Source: Callorhinchus milii (lineage: Eukaryota). From it: a stretch of 64,000 nt of DNA. The notes under the pieces are model-generated. The model had not been told where the DNA came from. It searched no databases and was given only the letters and a program-made list of their open reading frames with translations. Location: positions 13,702,001 through 13,766,000 of the forward strand of contig NW_024704750.1 in assembly GCF_018977255.1 (NCBI RefSeq), in the 5' to 3' direction. Below are positions 58,101 through 64,000 of this stretch, piece by piece. Each line of letters opens with the position of its first letter. The first letter of the stretch is position 1. A program made the position numbers and the translations under genes.

Positions 58101-60001
58101 ACAGTATATCTGGTGAAAGCCTTCCTGACATGAAAAATGCTATTTCAAATGCAAGCAATAAGGATCCCAATGGATTAGTTAAATACAGGATAAGTTTATT
58201 CTGACTAAAGAGCCTCATTGTTTTACTTGTATTAACTGTCTCATCCATTCAGGATTTCTTGATTCTTTAAAGTATCTTTCATCCCAAGCTGCCTGTTTTG
58301 AGAGTATAGTTGTTGGATTCTATTATAAAATCTGAACTGCCACTATTTAAGAATGTGGCATTTGTAATGCTTTGTTCTTTATTACAGGATCCAGCAACTG
58401 ATTGAAGAAATATTGGGGAATTCCAAACATCTGAAATGGCTCTCTCTCGGGTTTATGTTGGAGATCTTAACCCCCACAACACTAGCAGCCTTGCCTCAGT
58501 CCAGTGCCAACTGCATTGAACACTTGAGTCTTCTGGATATTAATAAAACCCCAGTTATTGAAGCAATTGAGCTGGAGCGCTTTCTCAGTCTGCGATCGCT
58601 TGCATTGGATTTCTGTGATTTTACTGCTGAAGTAACAAGAGTACTTGCCAACAGCAACCATGTGCCTTTGCATAGGTTGTCTCTTGTGGTTCACCATCTC
58701 TCAACGTCCAACACACACTTGTTAGATAACGTGCCCCAGGATGCAGATTGGAAAATGCTTACCAGACACTGTGCAAACCTTCATGTTTACATCATGGCTT
58801 TTAATGTCAGGAATGACATCCTGCTAAGAATTCTGAAGCCCAGCATACCTTTAGAGAGAATTCACTTCGATAGCTCGACTAATGATATTTCAGGAGCTGT
58901 GGTAGATCTCCTAGCTAGCCAGTACGCAAAGTCTCTCACCCACCTCCTCCTAATCAAGGATGTTGAGCAAGGCTTTCCGGACCTGGGTTCCAACCGCAAT
59001 GAAGACCCCTTGGTTCTGCTAGCATGGAAGTGTAAGAAGCTCTGTCACCTTTCAATTCATGGTAAGTGGTGAATCTACACTACTATTTTGACAGTGTAAC
59101 GTTTGTATTTACTTCTAAGCTGGAAGTTAGTAACATTAATTATTAAAAGCCTTGAATTTATATACTTAAGTACTGTAACAGAATACAGCAGCCAGTACGG
59201 ATCAACAATAGTTCTAATATTCTGAGTGCTTTAGAAGGGAAGTTTGGAAACCAGATATTTTTTGATTGGGTGCGAAGTTGGTTGGAGGAGGTCTTGACAG
59301 TCTAATGGAATCGTAGTATATTATATTTTGGTTGGTTAAATCTATGTATTTATGTACTTTGCTGCTGTGAAATTTTTTGCTTGCCTGGGTAATGTTTTGT
59401 CCCACTATTGTGTACCAAACCTCAATTTCTCCCCTCCATCATTATTTTGCATTTTGCATTTTTTGCATGTGTATGAAGCTCATTCAAACTTTTTAATACT
59501 GTTTTGTGCATGAACAATAAACTTGTTACTCTGGACTACTTTTCATGCACAGACTTGGAACTAACTGCTGCTGCTGTTGTCTTTGTCTTGCAAATTGATT
59601 TTACATCAGTTTTTCAAAATTTTAGATGGGAATCTGCTTAACATTGTGCCATAGGGATTGCTCCAGACATTTGTATACTCTTACAATATTCTTGTTAGTA
59701 ATGTGTGTTTTTTCTCATTGCCAACCTAGGATACACAGCATGGGCCCACAACCTCATCGCTATAGCTCGACTTCGTGGACGTAGGCTGCGAGTCCTGGAA
59801 GTCACAGAGGAAAGCATTAATTTTGATCAAGGTGTGATGCCTGAGCTGGATGGTGATCCTGTGGATACGCTCATTGAGGAAGTATCCTTGGGTTTGGGAA
59901 AACAGTGGCACCCAGTGATGAATAATGAACCCCTTTTTGTTTTCAGTGAGACTACTCTTTACTTTCATAAGGAGATGCAGCGCTTCAGTGAAGGCATTTA
60001 G
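55126..60001 (+). CDS. FBXO33: F-box only protein 33
   Basis: Three exons: 55126-55607, 58388-59061, 59730-60001. Total 1428 nt = 475 aa. F-box LPCEVIVHIFSFLSPWDRLRASSVCTKW; LALDFCDFTAE; NRNEDPLVLLAW; WAHNLIAIARLRG. Confidence 0.95.
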
Positions 60002-60044
60002 CATTTCAAAAATGTCTGTGTATAAGGGAGCTCTGCATTTTTTC

Positions 60045-60149
60045 AGTAATGAGTTAACCTTCACACGTGCAGTTAAATTAGTAATGAGTTAACCTTTACA
60101 CGTGCTGTTAAATTAGTAATGAGTTAACCATTACATGTGCTGTTTAATT
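60045..60149. repeat. 35-bp x3 tandem repeat in the FBXO33 3'UTR
   Basis: agtaatgagttaaccttcacacgtgcagttaaatt, three diverged copies starting at 60045, 60080 and 60115. Confidence 0.9.
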
Positions 60150-61069
60150 AGTATTAGTTATATTTATATGTATCCTGCTTAATCTGTAAATGTAGTTGGT
60201 ATTGGTTTAGAAGTAGATGTGGCAAGAGTCACTGGATTTTCTCTGTCAGCGCCTGTGTCAACTGCCAAAGATAACAGAATGAAGAAGTGCCCACATGCTG
60301 GCAGGGGCAGGCCAATGGCTGGTCAGCCAGAACCCACTAGTTTATAAGGTTGACTTTCGACCTGTGGTACACAGCTGTGCTGTGACTCAGTCAACAATGT
60401 TACAGCTCTTAAATGAACGTGCACCTGGTTCACTGAATAGTGAATATAACAAAAAATCATTTCCAACAAAGCTATGAGCTGCTGCTATGATTTTGAGAAC
60501 ATTCCACTAGGATTTACTTTTAAAATCTTGTTAAAGCAAGAGGCTTTAAAAGCCGCAATGTTCAGGGCAAACCGCGGGTACAGTCGTGGTCTCTGTGAGA
60601 CTAGCACCTGACCCTAGTTTTAAGTGGTACGAATGTTGTGCATTTAATGTAAAGGACAGCCAGTATTACTCAGTGTGGCCATCATGCTGCTCAGCAGTGC
60701 TGTGACCTGGCTGCTTTGTATAAGCTTGTAAAACAAATTTACTGTATGCAACCTATGTCAAAATTGTATTTATGAAGAAAGTATGCGTGATTTCAAACGG
60801 TTTTACCATCTTGTGTTAAAGATGATGCGTTTTGACAGGTGTGCATTGTTGCGTGTCTCCAGTGATTAATGCACTTACCATGCGGATATTATATGTACAT
60901 CTGTAGAGTGGATCCACTGGTGCAGTGTATGAAGATGCCAGATGTGGTGAGATTTTATCAGTGAATGAGATCATATGAAATACTGACAGAAAATGTGAGG
61001 AAAGCAGTTGAATGTTTGTTTAAATTAATGTTTAAAGTTTGTGTTGACTGGTGATTGTTTCAATCTATC

Positions 61070-61075
61070 AATAAA
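61070..61075 (+). terminator. FBXO33 poly(A) signal candidate
   Basis: AATAAA followed by a T/GT-rich stretch. Confidence 0.6.
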
Positions 61076-62672
61076 GCATTTAAATGACTTATTTATGTAA
61101 TTTTTAGTGTTCAGCATTTGGGAACTTGCATACACTTTGCAAAAAATGCATTTATAGTGCCTTAAGTGTAGGTGGAATGCAAACTGTTTTTGTAGTTCAG
61201 TGGCAGAGTTTGTAGTGAACCATATTAACTCATTGTTGGTGGCTGTAGTAAATTGGTTGCAAATTAATTTCCTTTAAAATGTTGATTCTTGACTTGTATT
61301 CTGTTCCCTTCTGCGTGCAATATTTTTGGGCCTACCCCAAAGCTGAAAATTGCATGCATGGCATACCTAAATAAACAGCATACATGATTTCATCAGTTCT
61401 AAAAGTTTTGCTATAACATGCTGCATTGTCTCATACGGGTGACATCTGCCAATTTACTTAAATGTCCTAGATATATATATCCAGTAAAATTAGTCTCAGT
61501 TCTATGGAATTTTTAAAAAAATTATTTCATACTGCTCGACAAAAGCAAAAAGCAATCAATGATAAAATGATTCACAGAACCAGTCAGTTTTAAAATCCAT
61601 TAGTTGGCTACCTTTATTTGTAATATATAGATATCTTCATGTTTTGTAAACAATTTCACATCTAGAGTTAAACATCTAACATCTGGGCTCCCCAATAACA
61701 GTTAGTAAAGGCAACATCCTGTGTAACACCAAGCCATACAGACCAGAAAGTTGTAGGTTCAGTCCTTGGTCTGTGCAGTTAGCTGCAACAGCAGGAGGGT
61801 CATGTTAATTGGAGGGAGAAACAGCTGGGGGTGGGGTGCACCCTGACTCTGATCTCTATCGAATGAGCCCTGCTGGAAAGTGCTTATCTTTTGACATCTA
61901 GTGAGAACAATCAGCTTTTGACTCATGAATAGCCTGAAAATGTTCATTGCCTAGGCTCACATGAAAAATGACCATTTGGACAAAATACCAAAGGGTTACC
62001 AGTGTCAGTGGAACCAGTGCAAGAGTTGGCACCTTCAGAAGAGGAGAGAAATTAAATCTAAATTAAAGGTTTTTCCTATATTTAACATTGAATGGATTTA
62101 CATATTCATGAATGTTCAAACATTCCTTTTATATTAAGACTATGAATCTTCAATTTATATCAGTGGAGCCAAGCACAAACACACCACCAGTTAGGACATG
62201 CACATAAACAGCATTTCTTCTAGTTACAAAGAACGGCACCAGTTCAAATACTGTTACTGTAAAAACCGTGTTGTTAAGAGTGAACATATTCTGTCTGCAA
62301 TGCACTGGTAAGAAACAGAAAATCCTTAAATAAAATAGTGCATTGTAAAATCTTGCTCTAATATGGCAAGCTAACCTTCACATTATTGCACAGTAAAAGT
62401 ATATTTCTTTAAAACTTCAAAGAAAGACTCCTGAGATGTATACTGTACTTCTAATCAAACAGTACATATAAAAAAAAACTCATGTGCCTTTATTACATAG
62501 TGGAAAGTTATCACTAAATATTCAATGCTACCAACAAAGTACCTTTGCTAAACAGCATTAAAAATAATGCATAATGTTCTCAATTGTACTTAGCATCCTT
62601 AATGTTCATTTTTGCACCTTTTTTCACCAACCACAAGTATATTTCGGTCTGTAGTTCTTCTCAATCAGACAT

Positions 62673-63755
62673 TCATTTTTCTTCTGATGGTGGTGGATGC
62701 TCTTCTGTAAGAGGCAAGCTGGGAGAAGGAACCTGGAAAGGAAGGCCACTTGTACTGTCTGAGGTTGGTCTATTCGGAAGAAAACTAGGTTGAGATGGTG
62801 GGAAGTATGCTCCTGGTGGTAGGGGATTTCTCACTGAAAATAAAGCACAAAATATTGATTATTTTTATGTACTTATAACATCTGACTGATGAACACATCA
62901 ACATCAACCTGCACTTATATAGTGGCCCCCACGCAGGGTAGCTAGCGTCTCATAGTGCTTAACAGTGGCGGAGTCTGATTCCGAGCCGGTGGGTGGGTGC
63001 GGCAGGGGGTGACTAAGCACAGCTGAAAAAGAAGGTTTTCAGGCGGAACTTGAAAAAGAGGAGAGGGGACAAGGCGGAGGTAAGTGAGGGAGAGTGTTCC
63101 AGAGTTTCGGGGCGTAGTGGCTGAATGCGTGACCCCCAATGGTACTAGAGGTTATCAACAAGACTGATAATATTTAAGCGACTCACCCTAAAATAAATTA
63201 TTTGCCTGATGCTCACTTCACGCATTCTTCTATCGTTCTCAAATCATTAAATCACTCAAAACCTTTTAGAAGTTCACTTATATTTGAGGTAAATATTTTA
63301 TCTGTAAAAAGTCAACATTTGAATGATTGGCCTAATTCCTGGCCAAAAGAATTTCTCAGGTTTAAATCTACAAAATCAGCTAGAACCAATTTGGTGAAGA
63401 GATTGGAAGTTTTCATTTGAGGATGAAGACAACATTACAGGAAACTGATCTGTTTTCTTGTGTATATTTATTCCTGGCTTATTGCATGCAGACAATTGCA
63501 CTAATCAGAAACATGAGTCAATTACTTACTTCCTATTGGCGGATGTGGTGGAAAACCAAAAGGCCTTGGTGGAAAATGTTCTGGAGGCCCATAAACTCCA
63601 CACCGTGGAGGAAGTAATGGAACCTTGTGTGGAATGTGACTTCTTGGATCAACAGCCAAAGGGGGGTTTCGCATCGGAGAGATGGGTGCAAAAACAGGTC
63701 TAGCTCCAAACTCGGCTTCAGCACGGAGAGGCTGGTTTGATGCATTGAGCATTCC
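62673..63755 (-). CDS. MIA2: MIA2/cTAGE5 ER-export factor, last two exons (proline-rich domain)
   Basis: Exons 63755-63530 (GMLNASNQPLRAEAEFG...PMRNPPLAVDPR...FPPHPPIG) and 62833-62673 (MRNPLPPGAYFPP...TEEHPPPSEEK*). Resembles the cTAGE5 tail (MRNVYPP...TEHPEPQQET); convergent with FBXO33 as in human. Confidence 0.8.
62895..63142 (-). mobile_element. L2 LINE 3' fragment in the last MIA2 intron
   Basis: tgcacttatatag...gtgcttaacagtggcggag...gttccagag...gtggctgaa. Confidence 0.6.
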
Positions 63756-64000
63756 CTGTAGAGAACATTATGAATGTTTAATGTCTAGTAACAAAATCTG
63801 ATACTCAGAACAAAATCAGGGAGTAGTGTCATCAAAGAAACATAATCCAACATATTGTATTTATACAGCAATCTTCACGTAGAATAACATCTCATAGCAC
63901 TTTACAAAGATGGCGTCAGATGCAGGGCGAGGGTGGAGGGTGAAGCGTGACGAGTTGTGGAGGAAGAAGTTTTTTTTAAGAAGGGATTTAAAATCAAATA

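Noticed and set aside
52601-60149. Short tandem arrays considered as CRISPR-like
   Set aside because: No unique spacers, and the context is eukaryotic.

Overview
Vertebrate genomic DNA with spliced genes. The repeat content (L2 LINEs, tRNA-derived and Deu-domain SINEs, CR1 3' ends) points to a cartilaginous fish, possibly a compact-genome holocephalan; this is inference only. I reconstructed seven genes exon by exon by reading splice sites and comparing with remembered human proteins: 3' end of an IkB-alpha (NFKBIA, +), PSMA6 (-, 246 aa), PRORP/KIAA0391 (-, 625 aa), PPP2R3C (+, 460 aa), FAM177A1 (-, 207 aa), FBXO33 (+, 475 aa) and the last two exons of MIA2/cTAGE5 (-). The first five match the human 14q13 order; FBXO33-MIA2 is the human 14q21 pair, here joined head-to-head to FAM177A1. 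There is one 369-bp N gap. The most unusual signals are: a possible two-strand ('mirror') intron between PRORP and PPP2R3C, a GC-AG intron and a coding minisatellite in PRORP, quasi-complementary minisatellites flanking the large PRORP exon, a 530-bp foldback element, a degenerate hammerhead-ribozyme motif, a pre-miRNA-like hairpin, and an IkB with mixed alpha/epsilon features. I found no clearly new multi-gene system. All comparisons to known proteins and repeats are from memory and were not computed.
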